A stretch of 64,000 nt of DNA from Scyliorhinus canicula (lineage: Eukaryota). Location: positions 4,021,185 through 4,085,184 of the forward strand of contig NW_024055654.1 in NCBI RefSeq assembly GCF_902713615.1, written 5' to 3'. The notes beneath the pieces are model-generated. The model did not search any database. It saw nothing but the letters and a program-made list of their open reading frames with translations, and was not told the origin of the DNA. Positions 1-10,637 of the stretch are shown here, piece by piece (the first letter of the stretch is position 1; every line of letters begins with the position of its first letter). Both the position numbers and the translations under genes were made by a program.

Positions 1-1
1 A

Positions 2-2097
2 GCAGAGCTAGCAGCCATAGCGTACATAGTGGACCACCCCGATTCTTTCCCCAGCCCAGCAGACATATATTCAGACAGCTTATATGTCTGTAACAGTGTA
101 ACAGATTTTCTGCCCCTGTGGAGGACACGAGGTTTGTCTCCGCAGACGAAAACCCCTTCCATCAGCCCCCTTACCTCCAGCATATCCTAGATAAAGCGAA
201 GGACAGGACCTTCGCATAATAAAAGTAGAAGCCACCTAGGGTCTCACCCCCTGGGAAGGTAAAGGCCGACGCGTTGGCTAAGGGCAGGTTCCAGGAGAGG
301 ACACTTATGGACCCCCCCAGCTAGCGCACCAGCTAGCGCCCCTGTGAGCGCAGTCCAAGTCTCACAGACTGATATTAAAGATCTCGTGGCAGCACAGAAA
401 CAGGACGGAGACCTCAGGGAGGTTTTCAAGGGAAACTTTGTGCCTGCTTACGAGCACTTTAAACACGCACTGACCACACATGAGGGTGTGATCATTAAGG
501 ACCAACTTTATGTGGTCCCACAGCAGGACAGGAATCAGATGATTTGCCTGTTCCATGACGGACACGGGCATCAGGGAATTGATGCAACAACGAGGCACCT
601 CAGGCAACTCTGTTGGTGGCCTAATCTCAGGAATGATGTAACGCACTACATAGAGAATTGCCTGATTTGTGCTCAGAATAACCCGGAGAGGTATTCTAAG
701 AAGCACAACTTCGGCATACTCGCCCAGTTAACGGCCCTGGACAAACCTCCAGATCGACTTTATAGGTCCATTGCCCCCTTGTCGGAATGGCTATAAATAC
801 GTTCTGGTGGTGATAGATACCTTTACCAAGTGGGTAGAGGCATTTCCCTCACGAACAAATACAGCAAGACAGCTGCAAAGATCCTGACCCACCACATCTT
901 CACGAGATGGGGTTTACCCCGAAGTATCGATTCGGACCAGGGATCTCACTTTACAGGACGGGTCATGAGGAACGTCCTGACAATATTCGGAATCAACAGA
1001 ACTTCCACATTGCGTATCATCCACAGTCCAGCGGGATTGTGGAGCGCATGAATCGGACCCTAAAAACTACCCTTCAGGAAAATGGTCAAGAGAACATTCC
1101 ACATGGGATTCAGTGCTCCCCATTTGCACTTATGTTCATAAGGAACACTGTCTCCACATCGACAGGATACACACCACACACACTCATGACCGGACGCCCT
1201 ATGAAAGGTACAGAATTCCTTTTAGGACTGGACATGACAAGCCCCGAATTGACGGCCCTCACACATGAAAAGGCAGTTAAAGATCTAGTTGAGACTGTGA
1301 GGTCTGCACAGCTCGCAGCCGCAGTCCAGCTAGGGAAACGCCGACAGCAACGTACTGCCTGTTTCAATAAGACCGTACACACCACAGAATTCCAGGTTGG
1401 GCAACAGGTAATGTTATCTGTTTATAACCCCAGCAGTTTTTTGGCTCCAAAATATTCCGGTCCCTACTCAATTTCGGACAAAATTAGCCCTCCGTTTACA
1501 GGATAAAGTATCCTAATGGGAAGACCGCGTGGTTCCATATAAACCAGTAAAGGCATATGGAACACAGGCCAACCATGCTCACCATGTCCTGCTGGATGCA
1601 GCAGAACACTTCACCCCGCCCACCAGAGACACTTTTCCACCATCCCCCTCACAGACCAGTTCATCAACGGACTCGCCCACGACTCCGCCACAGACCACTA
1701 CAGACCACGCCCCGACACGCCCACAAGCTGCCACAGCAGAGACAGCAGGACATGACACTGACTCTGAAGACAGCGACACCACACAGCCATACAGCCCACA
1801 CTGCACCAACTACGACCCCGACTCCAGTGACCCCATGGAAGTCACCTACCTCAAATATCCAGAACCACCACCCGACCCCGACTACCCCGACAACACACTC
1901 GACGCTACACAATGGCACAGGGACAATTCCTACAGACTTGTCCGCAATGACGAGAGTGACCCCCGGTCACACAATCCAAAATAGCATGCCTGATCCACAC
2001 AAGGGTGTGGGATCCGGGAGAGCAGGACGACACGGTGTCTGACTCCCGACACGGCAACCCCTTTGTGACCCTGTTCACAGAGGCAGAATCAAAGTGA
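2..2097 (+). pseudogene. pol: pol C-terminal half: retroviral-type RNase H, integrase (HHCC zinc finger, DDE core, GPY/F) and a P/T/D-rich extension; frameshifted as assembled
   Basis: Frame 2 from base 2 reads AELAAIAYIVDHPDSFPSPADIYSDSLYVCNSVTDFLPLWRTRG (RNase H E and D motifs). ORF 344-796 has HDGHGH...CLIC. Stitched frames give WTNLQIDFIGPL, VVIDTFTKWVEAFP, SIDSDQGSHFTG, YHPQSSGIVERMNRTLK and KYSGPYSI. ORF 1529-1984 is the frameshifted continuation, with a probable stop TGA at 2095-2097. Confidence 0.9.
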
Positions 2098-3024
2098 GGT
2101 GTCCAGATGATGTAAGATAGGAATCGTTTGAGGGAAACGATGTCCTTTCTGATGGAACCTGCACGTATGTTTGTCTTCGTTTATGTTTGTTGTTTTCAGG
2201 AATGTAAATGTTTCAGCTGGAGGATGGACATCTTCTTTTCAGCTGAAAAGATTGTGACCACCTCACATACACGTTAGCTTGTCCTGCCGAACTTGAGAAC
2301 TTCGGTTTGATTGGAGATCTTTTCCAAAGTTGTAAGGCCACACGCCAAATAGCTTGTCCGCAGATATCTCTGGAACTTCAGTGATGTCCTCAGTTGGAGC
2401 ATCTGGCTCCCTTGGTTTTTTAGGTGCCCCTCTATTCGGCGAAATAGAGGCTGCAAGTCATGGTAAACACATTCGTACCCGTTTTTTTCCAGGTTACTCA
2501 GGCAGTGGACAAACGGCACTGAGGACCCGCCCTGTCTGAGAACCAACCCTTGGTCAGCCAAGCTCGGGTATGGCACAGCACGCCCTACCCGGGGATCCCA
2601 TCCAACTCATACCCGTCGCGGCCCATACGCAACTCATTCGGATGTTTGTTTCCAAGTTTGTTTTCATTTTACGTTAGGTACGCCCTTCGGCCACCATCCC
2701 ACATGCTATTTACATCGGGAACATTCGGATGGTAAATCAGCAAAGCCTGCGAGACGGCTCGCAGAAGGAAGGATTGTTAGGTGTATGCTGGTCTTTAAAT
2801 TCGCTTTTTGAAAAAAAAATGAGGGAGTCACAGGGTGTGACTTAGCCAGTCATTTTAAAGGGTCAATTGGGATTTGAAAGACAGATGCACTAACAAGTAA
2901 GGTCTTAAACTGTGTATTGACAGATACTGTGCTTGATCCCAAAGGTTTCAAAGGACGAGACAGAGGTCGAAGCCAGGATTGTCAATACCGGAGGAAGAAG
3001 GAAGAGAAAGAAGAAGAACAGCAA

Positions 3025-3378
3025 ATGATGGAAGCCCACTTATTACTGTTTAATGTCATATGTATATGTGTGGAAACAAGACACGTTTCCCCCACAACCC
3101 CCACCGTAAATGTTAGTACAACAAACCCCCAGTGCTCAGCTCTGATCAGCGAGGTTCAGACCTGGTGTACTAAATTCATGACGTGGTACTCCATGTCCTA
3201 CATAATCGAATCACTGTTGGTGATCGCGATCCTCATCGTCCTAGTGCAGACCCTCAGGTTGAGGAAATGGAAGAGGAGAGCCTCTCGTTCCAGCACCTCA
3301 CCCATCTATAGAGTGCAATCCCCCATCTTCGGATTCCACCAAACCCCTCAACCCCTCACTGATTACAACACTCTGTAA
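3025..3378 (+). CDS. 117-aa small single-pass membrane protein in the env position (FAST-fusogen-like architecture)
   Basis: ATG at 3025 is in frame with track ORF 2917-3378. MMEAHLLLFNVICICVET is signal-like; then an S/T/P-rich segment with an NVS sequon, C-X10-C, hydrophobic YSMSYIIESLLVIAILIVLVQTL and polybasic RLRKWKRR. The frame is uninterrupted, unlike pol. Confidence 0.7.
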   Translation: MMEAHLLLFNVICICVETRHVSPTTPTVNVSTTNPQCSALISEVQTWCTKFMTWYSMSYIIESLLVIAILIVLVQTLRLRKWKRRASRSSTSPIYRVQSPIFGFHQTPQPLTDYNTL

Positions 3379-3697
3379 ATAAAATTCAGCCATGTATTAT
3401 ATTGTTCCATACTCGACTGCCGAGTTGGGAAGTGTGATGTTGTGGTGTGAATGGTTAAGGTTTAGAGTGATTAAATGTTTAAGTTAAGGTTAAGGTTAAT
3501 AGTGATAGGTAGAGGTTCCCAGTTGTAGTAATGCATGTCCTTTTGACATAGGGCCAAGTAGAAATGTTAGTTAAAAATTTTTTTCTCTTCTTCCCATAGT
3601 TTAGAACAGAGTAGAACAGGAACTGGCAAGAGGTCAGAACACAAGGAAGGCAAAGTACATAGGTGATCCTTCACAATAGTATGATTGTGAGGATCAC

Positions 3698-3707
3698 AAG
3701 GAGGGAA
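3698..3707 (+). promoter_or_regulatory. Polypurine tract of the LTR element
   Basis: AAGGAGGGAA lies immediately before the TGT start of the LTR and is preceded by a stem-loop at 3663-3697. Confidence 0.8.
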
Positions 3708-4656
3708 TGTAGCCATGCTGGCCACGCAAAATGGACACTGAGCCAAACTAAAATAGAAGACTGCTGGGAAACAGACAGTTTAGCCAGAACAGCAGTCTGC
3801 AAAGAGCAGTTTGCATTCTGCAGCAGCAGAAACCAGTTTGGGCTCAGGTGAAAAGACCTTAGCTAGGTGCAAATGGCAAAACACTTTGCATGCTAATGAG
3901 GCCATCAGACTTGAACACCCACACAATAGATACATTTGGTTCTGAATGGACACATTCTAATCAAGACCCAGACATCGAGGCACCAGAAACCTCCAAACAA
4001 AAGGACATAAGAAACGCCCCCTCCATCACGGAGACCCCCTCGCATTGGGGAATTAATCCAGTATCGATAAGAAATTGATCCAATAGGTAGAGCCCGCCCG
4101 AGAAGAGGGAAGGACAATGGAACCCCTATAAAAGATAGGGACCTCGTGTTGTCCGGTCTGTTAAACCCGTGCTCCGGCTCTGACTGACATCTTGCATCCT
4201 GACTCCAGCCGTTGAGCACCAGCCGCCGAAACCGTAAGTTCAACGCTCGCTACGCGATCCAAGCCCACTAGACTCCCAAGTACCAGAACGCTTGCTGAAG
4301 GCTGCAGTGCCAGACCAGGACGAAGGCCTCGTTCTCTGACCTTGCCTGTTCCTGTTAGATAAGTATTCTGTTTGCTTAAGTTTAGTTATAGCTTAGTCTC
4401 TTAGTGTGTGCATGAGTATTTATTATAACTGTATAATAAATATTGATCGTTTGAACTTTACTAATCGGTGTATCGTCTTTATTACTTTGAACTTGACCTT
4501 GGAATACTTGTGACGTTGCCTATACGGCAACTGGCGACTCCAGAGCTAAATAATTACATAGAACAGAGCCTAGCAGTGTTAAGCACACGTCGAACTCGGA
4601 GGCGTGTTAATACACTCCAATAAACGCGTTTTACGCCCATAGTAAAACGTGCAACA
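3708..4656 (+). repeat. 3' LTR (~949 bp)
   Basis: TG...CA termini with an imperfect inverted repeat (TGTAGC/GCAACA), TATAAAA at 4127-4133, AATAAA at 4435 and 4619. The 5' LTR is not in the window, so the right boundary is inferred from where the flanking repeat resumes. Confidence 0.75.
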
Positions 4657-5085
4657 TGCCATTGAATGTCAAGGGGCGGTGGTTAGATCCGTTCTTACTG
4701 GAGATGGGCATTGCCTTCAATTGGGTGACTTGACTGTTACTTACCACTTGTCAGCCAGAACCTGATGTAGTCTCCATGTTGCTTTATTTACACATAGATT
4801 TATTCAGTGACTGCACAGTTGAAAATTGTGCTGAACTTGGTGCAATCATCTGAGAACAATCCCAGTTCAGACATTATGATGAAAAGGTCATTGATGAATA
4901 AGCTGAAGATGGTTTGTCCGAGGACACTGCCCTGAAGAAGTCTCGCAGTGATGTCCTGGAATTGAGATGATTAGCCTCCAGCAATGGAATCCATCTACCT
5001 TGGTGCTAGGTATGACTCCAACCAGCGGAGATTGTTCTCCTGATTCCCATCCATTCATTAATAGAACCATCCTTGGATTAGAAAC
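4657..5085 (-). mobile_element. Old non-LTR retrotransposon remnant (target of the LTR insertion)
   Basis: Similar to 60540-60800 in the same orientation. Confidence 0.5.
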
Positions 5086-5140
5086 AGGCATTCTTTGGTT
5101 GGGCTCCTTAAGGTCACACGTTTAAATGATGCCGTGATTT

Positions 5141-5450
5141 GGCGGCACTGTAGCACAGTGGTTAGCACTGTCGCTTCACAGCACCAGGGATCCGGATTCC
5201 ATTCCCACTTGGGTCATTGCCTGTGTGGAGTCTGCAGGTTCTCCCCGTGTCTACGTGGGTTTCCTCCAGGTGTTCCGGATTCCTCCCTCAAGTCCTGAAA
5301 AACGTCCTGTTAGGTGGTTTGGATATTCTGAATTATTCCTCTGTGTATCCGAACAGGCGCCAGAGTGTGGCGTGTAGGGGATTTTCACAGGACCTTCATT
5401 GAAGTGTTAATGTGAGCCCACTTGTGACAATAGTAAAGATTATTATGTTT
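5141..5450 (+). mobile_element. tRNA-derived V-SINE (HE1-like) with a third tail type
   Basis: GGCGGCAC...GTGGTTAGCAC head, V-domain GGTCATTGCCTGTGTGGAGTCTGCAGGTTCTCCCCGTG, tail ACAGGCGCC...CACTTGTGACAAT...ATTATT. Confidence 0.8.
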
Positions 5451-5486
5451 ATTATTGATGTTAGATTCAGTCGCTCTCATCTGTGT

Positions 5487-7340
5487 TTCTGACAATGTGT
5501 GTGTGTCTGCGTGTGCGTGTGTGTGAGAGGGAGAGTGTGGGTATGTGTCTGAGAGCGTGTGTCTGTGCATATGTATGTGTCTGCATTCGTGCGAGAGATG
5601 GATGAAGAGAGTGGGAGAGAGAGTATGCATGTGGGTGTGTGTGTGAGAGAGAGTATCTCTGTGTGTCAAAGAATATCTGTGTGTGAGAGCGTCATTGTGT
5701 GTATTTGTGCGAGCGAGAGGATGTGTGTGTGTGAGGGAGCAAAATAGTGTCCACAGGAGAGAGACTGTATGCGCAAAACTGTATGAGAGAGCATGTATGC
5801 ACCAAAGCATGCGAGTGAGACAGCATATGTGTGAGAGAGCATGTGTGCCAGACATCATGTTTGTGAGAGCATGTGGGTGAGAGAGTGTACGTGTGAGAGA
5901 ACGTGAGCACGAGACAGTATGTGTGAAAGAGAACATGTGTGCAAGAGAGCACACGTGCAAGAGAGCATGAGTATGAGAAAGCATGTGTGAGAGAGCATGT
6001 GTGTGAGAGAGCATGATTGTGAGAGCACGAGACACCATGTGTACAAGAGAACGTGTGTGAGAGCATGTGTGCGAGAGAGCATGTGTGTGAGAGAGCGTGT
6101 GTGCAAGCGAGAATGAGAGAGCTTGAGTGTGAGTGAGTGTGCAAGAGAGAATGAGAGAGCGTGTGTGTGAGAGAGCGTGTGTTGGTGAGAGCATGAGTGT
6201 GTGAGAGTGAGTGTACGAGAGAGCGTGTGAGTGAGAGGGCATGTGTGTGGGGGAGCGTGTGTGCAAGATAGCGTGAGTACGAGTGATATGTGTGTGAGAG
6301 AGCGTGTGTGTGAGAAAGCAGGTGTGGGAGAGTACATGTGTGTGAGAGAGCATGTATGCAACAGAGCAAGTGTGTGTGAAAGCATGTGCTCTAGAGAGCA
6401 TGTGCATCAGCGAACATGAGTGTAAGCGAGTGAGAGATTGCGTGCGGAGAGAGTGAGTATCAGAGCGCATGTGCATAAGAGAGTATGTATGAAAGAGAGG
6501 ATATATGTGTGTGAGAGAGCAGGAGTACAAGAGAAATTAAATGAAAATCGTTTATTGTCACGAGTAGACTTCAATGAAGTTACTGTGAAAAGCCCGTAGT
6601 AGCCACATTCCGGCGCCTGTCCGAGAATCGAACCGTGCTGCTGGCCTGCTTTAAAAGCCAGCGATTTAGCCTGGTGAGCTAAACCAGTCAGCATGTGTGT
6701 GAGAGAGGCCGTGTGTGTGAGAGAGCGTGTGTGTGAGAGGGTGTGTGTGTGAGAGCATGTGTGTGAGAGAGCATGAGAGAACGTGCGAGCGAGAGACGAT
6801 GCATGTCAGAGAGAGTGTGAGAGAGAGCGTATGCATAAGAGAGTGTGTGTGTGAGAGAGCGGATGTGTGAGAGATGTCTGTGACAGAGCATGTGTGTGAA
6901 CGAGTGTGTGCGCAAGAGATAACGTGTGCGAGAGTGCATGTGTGTGAGTGTGTGTCTGCGAATGATTGTGTATGTGAGTGAGATTGGTAAAACTTGTAAG
7001 AGAGAGTGTGTGAGAGAGTGTGAGAGGGAGATTGCCTGTGAAAGAGAGAGAGGAATAATGTGCCTGTGCCTGTGAGAGAGCGAGTGACAGTCTGTTGGTG
7101 TGTGAGGGAGATTTGGAGCGAGATAAAGTTGGAGACAGTGAGTATGTAAGAAACTGAGTGTGTGAGGCAGTGCGTGTGTGTGCCCGAGTGTGTGTGTGCG
7201 AGAGACTGTGTGTTTTTGAAGAGCTATTGTGTATGTGAGAGTGTCTGTGAGAGAGTGTCTGTGTGTTTGAGGAATAGTCTGGGTTTGTGGGAGAGAGGGA
7301 GTGTGTGAGGGAGAAACACTGTGCGCATGAGAGAGTATTT
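5487..7340. repeat. Degenerate (GT)n/(GA)n compound array with a recurrent GAGAGCATGTGTGT unit
   Basis: Read directly; it accounts for the His/Thr/Ser/Leu-rich spurious ORFs at 5385-7357 and is interrupted by a SINE at 6536-6686. Confidence 0.95.
6536..6686 (-). mobile_element. Short tRNA-derived SINE (CTGGTTTAGCTCAC... family)
   Basis: Reverse complement matches the copies at 21121, 26843, 52890 and 59400; tail TGACAATAAACGATTTTCATTT. Confidence 0.8.
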
Positions 7341-9254
7341 AGTCTTTCAAATTTCACTCTGAAACACAGGGGAACGAATCATTCAAACTGCTCGATTCTA
7401 ATTGATAAATGGTCAACTTACGACAATAACAATTCAATAACCTTTTTGAAATGAAACTGATATTAATTTCAAAACTCCCTTCGCCTTTCAGCTATTTCTC
7501 CTGTCTGTCTGAACTGGGCACAATGTATTATCACGGAGAATGATCACATTAAATATAACAGATTGAGGGGAGTTTAATGTCCGTGGCAAAGATCCAGTGT
7601 TTGCTAAGAAATAAACAAACCAGGAAACATTCACATTGGAAACTGATGACCTGATTTGATCCAATTTTCTAATTAAATATAATCAACAAAACAATCGAGG
7701 CGGGTCGACTCTTCAACCTGAGTAAATAAATGTATTGTTTTGTAAATTATTTTCAGTACAATTAAACATTCTCTAATAGCTTTGATATCGCACGCCAGTG
7801 TACTACTCAATTGTAGGGTTAATTTATGTTGAATTAGTTAGTACTAATGTCACATTGCCAATTGTCAATTAGTTGACCTGTCAGCTGATTTGTACTCTAT
7901 AATATAAATAATAAAACATGGTTCTCTGTAATTCAAAACCTGCTCCTGTCTGAAATTTGATAAATAGTTTGGATTTAATTAAATATTAAACTTCAAATTA
8001 TCGGATGGAATAATTCAGACATGTGCAATATCTCATCAGTTTGTTAAAGCGGTACTCCCGAATTGATAAACTATTGTAACTCGAAACTATATCTCTAACA
8101 ATAAAGTCCTTGGTAGTTTGTGACCAATAAAAGTGTTTCGAGATTTAATCATTCAGCAATTCGATTAACTTTATTCTTGAAAATATTGCTTAAAGAAAGG
8201 AGATCCAAATTAATCAGTGCAACACTTAATGAAAACAACTCAGTCAGATCCTCTACAGCACTGAAACATAATCAGAAAATGATGTAGAAATGTTCTTGTT
8301 CAATTTATGATTTAATAAGAAATAAGCTTGAGGCTCAGATATAATCTATTCTTCTATTGTATAACTTGTTTTATTTCTATAATGTTATATTATGCACAGC
8401 ACAGCTCTGCGAGACAGGATGTTATTATTTTTTGCAAAGCTAATATTCTCCTTTTGTAATTAAATTAATATCTTTGAATTTCAAGCTTTTACTGTGTCTC
8501 CAGCAATGAGCAGTATGAACATTCCTACAATTTAGATAAAATCATAAGAACAATTCCTTCACTGTCAGCGACTTCCACCTCTGACAAAACTCTTTATGAT
8601 TATATCAGAGACAACTACAAATGACGCTGAAGAGATAATATACGAGCTGCTGCACATAAGTAATATAATAACCGGATACATAAATTGCCAAACTGCAATA
8701 TAAAACTCCTACTTAAGTAACTGCAAACGTAATCAGAGAAATAAAAAAATAATTCAAATATATATTGTGCAACTGAACAGTGCTGTAGAATCAGTATATT
8801 ATTATTAAAACAGTTTCATAAATAATCAGAAAATATTTCCAGTTTAGAAACTTTTCTGGTCATGCTGATGGAGTGCAGAGCAGAGCAGAATTGTGAAAGG
8901 CGATTGATGATTAATGATATTAATATGAAAATATATTTGGATAATGTGGTTATAACACAGCATTATAATTGTTTAAGTTATATTAATTTTACTCACTAAT
9001 TTGAAAACGTTTTAATTAAACAGTTTCAGATTGCAGTAACAAATTGCATTCTTAATGACGCCATGGTTTAGTTTAATCAGTAATCATCAGGTAAAATTTA
9101 AATATGTCTATCAAATCTTTAATTGCTTTCTTTATTTTCGAAACCTGCCGCGTTTACTCCCTACAATTGTGTTTCAAGGAGATTCAAACGCGCAAATCTT
9201 TCGACATTAAACCAGAAAACGTGTAACTGCTCAATGTCACCCAGTTTGAACAAT

Positions 9255-10345
9255 GCAGAAACAACGGAGAAACAGAAATCGCTTCACAAATTGTACTTAT
9301 TCAAAGTCACCCAGACACACTATCTCCTCAGCAGGAAAACACCAAAACTCAACGTAAGGACTGAACTCGTTTCATTGAGAAACAGCTAAATTCTACATTC
9401 AACAGTGTGAAACGTAACATTTCAAAAACATCTGAATATCGAATCCAGCGAACCAGTTCGCCGTCAAATGTATGAATTATCAAACTAAATAGAAATACAG
9501 AATAACAGTAATATCGTTGTCAGGATGTGGGGTATGTCCAAAATATTTTAAAAACTTTACCACATTCTATACAGGTTGGACCGTATTTCAAACGCATTTA
9601 AACAGTTGGAAGGATTGATAAAAGCTGCATCCATCAATCCCACCAAGATGGAACATTGCAGAAAAGCCAGGATGTCATTGCAGTAACAAATTATGTTCGG
9701 AAAGAGCATTATAAACTGTGGCTTAATTTAATCTGCAATCATCACTTTTAAAAAACACTATAAAATCATGACTGTTTTCCACCCACAGTCGTGTACCAAG
9801 CAGTTTCAAATACGTTTCTTGTTTTCATTCAATTACAAAAATGGGACCGCTCAGTATCATCGAGTTTAAAGAATATAGAAACGCCAGAACCGTTTCACAA
9901 ATTCTACTCATTCAAAATCAACCAGCCACAAACTCTTCAGCAGAAATACAGCAAATTACATCACCGAGGGGCTGAAATCGGTCTCATGGAGAACCAGCTC
10001 GATTCTACAAACACTTTCAACAGAATCAAACAGCATTTCAAGAAAATTCTACCCACCAAATCCGCCTTTCAGCAAGTGAATGAACAATTAAAACACAGAA
10101 ATATGGAAGAATATCATCAGCATTGTCAATAAGCGGGAAGTGTTCAATAAATTGACACAGATACTTCAGCATATTTTGTGAGTATTGGGTTAGATTTCTA
10201 ACACTTGTGCAGGAGATGGTAAAACCTGCTCAGATGTCGCCGAGATTAAACATTGCAGAAATACCAAACTGTTTAACAGGCGTTAGGTATTTAAAGTACC
10301 CAGCCACACAGTATCCTCAGCAAATAAACACTAAATCATAACAAC
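9255..10345. repeat. Three degenerate copies of a ~170-bp unit just downstream of JH
   Basis: ~9255-9430 aligns by eye with ~9870-10050 (TTCACAAATT.TACT.ATTCAAA.TCA.CCAG.CACA...TCAGCAG); a partial third copy lies at ~10250-10345. Confidence 0.65.
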
Positions 10346-10552
10346 CCGGCACTGAATCCCTCAGCAGAACCTTTTGTCAAGAGGCAGAATAATTCCTTTT
10401 TCAGCAGAATCACATGAAACATTACAACAAAATCTCAATACAGAATCCAGCAAACCCGCAATTCAGTGAACGGATGCATACTTAAAATAGAAAAAACTAA
10501 ATAAAACAAAGACTGAAGTAAAACAGTTCATAAATAATGGAAAGGTTCTTAC

Positions 10553-10609
10553 CTGCAGTCACCGTCACCATGGTGCCTTGTCCCCAGTAGCCCAAGATGT
10601 ACCAGGTAT
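10553..10609 (-). CDS. IGHJ: Joined D2-JH exon of an IgH cluster (TWYILGYWGQGTMVTVTA)
   Basis: Minus strand ATACCTGGTACATCTTGGGCTACTGGGGACAAGGCACCATGGTGACGGTGACTGCAG|GTAAG: WGxG J motif, phase-1 donor, open in the J frame, preceded directly by a 12-RSS. Confidence 0.92.
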
Positions 10610-10637
10610 CACAGTGAGACACAGCGTGTCAAATACT
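10610..10637 (-). promoter_or_regulatory. 12-bp-spacer RSS 5' of the DJ segment
   Basis: On +: heptamer CACAGTG 10610-10616, spacer AGACACAGCGTG (12 nt), nonamer TCAAATACT 10629-10637. Confidence 0.9.

Larger units (their letters stand above)
1..4656 (+). mobile_element. Retrovirus-like LTR element, 3' half (RNase H-integrase, env-less accessory region, PPT, 3' LTR); 5' part lies outside the window
   Basis: Pol remnants at 2-2097, small TM ORF at 3025-3378, PPT AAGGAGGGAA at 3698-3707, LTR TGTAGC...GCAACA at 3708-4656. The LTR abuts a common shark LINE remnant (TGCCATTGAATGTCAAGGG; compare 60549-60567). Confidence 0.9.

Noticed and set aside
4532-4549. TGGCGACTCCAG as a primer-binding site ending the LTR earlier
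   Set aside because: I recognise no matching tRNA 3' end, this is a 3' LTR following a PPT, and a better TG...CA boundary lies at 4656 where the host repeat resumes.
5385-7357. Long His/Thr/Leu/Ser-rich ORFs (up to 381 aa)
   Set aside because: They are translations of the (CA/GA) microsatellite, open in several frames, with no domain content.
4657-10550. Search for Cmu or other constant exons downstream of J
   Set aside because: No Ig C-domain motif or spliceable open exon was recognised; the constant region is not in this window.
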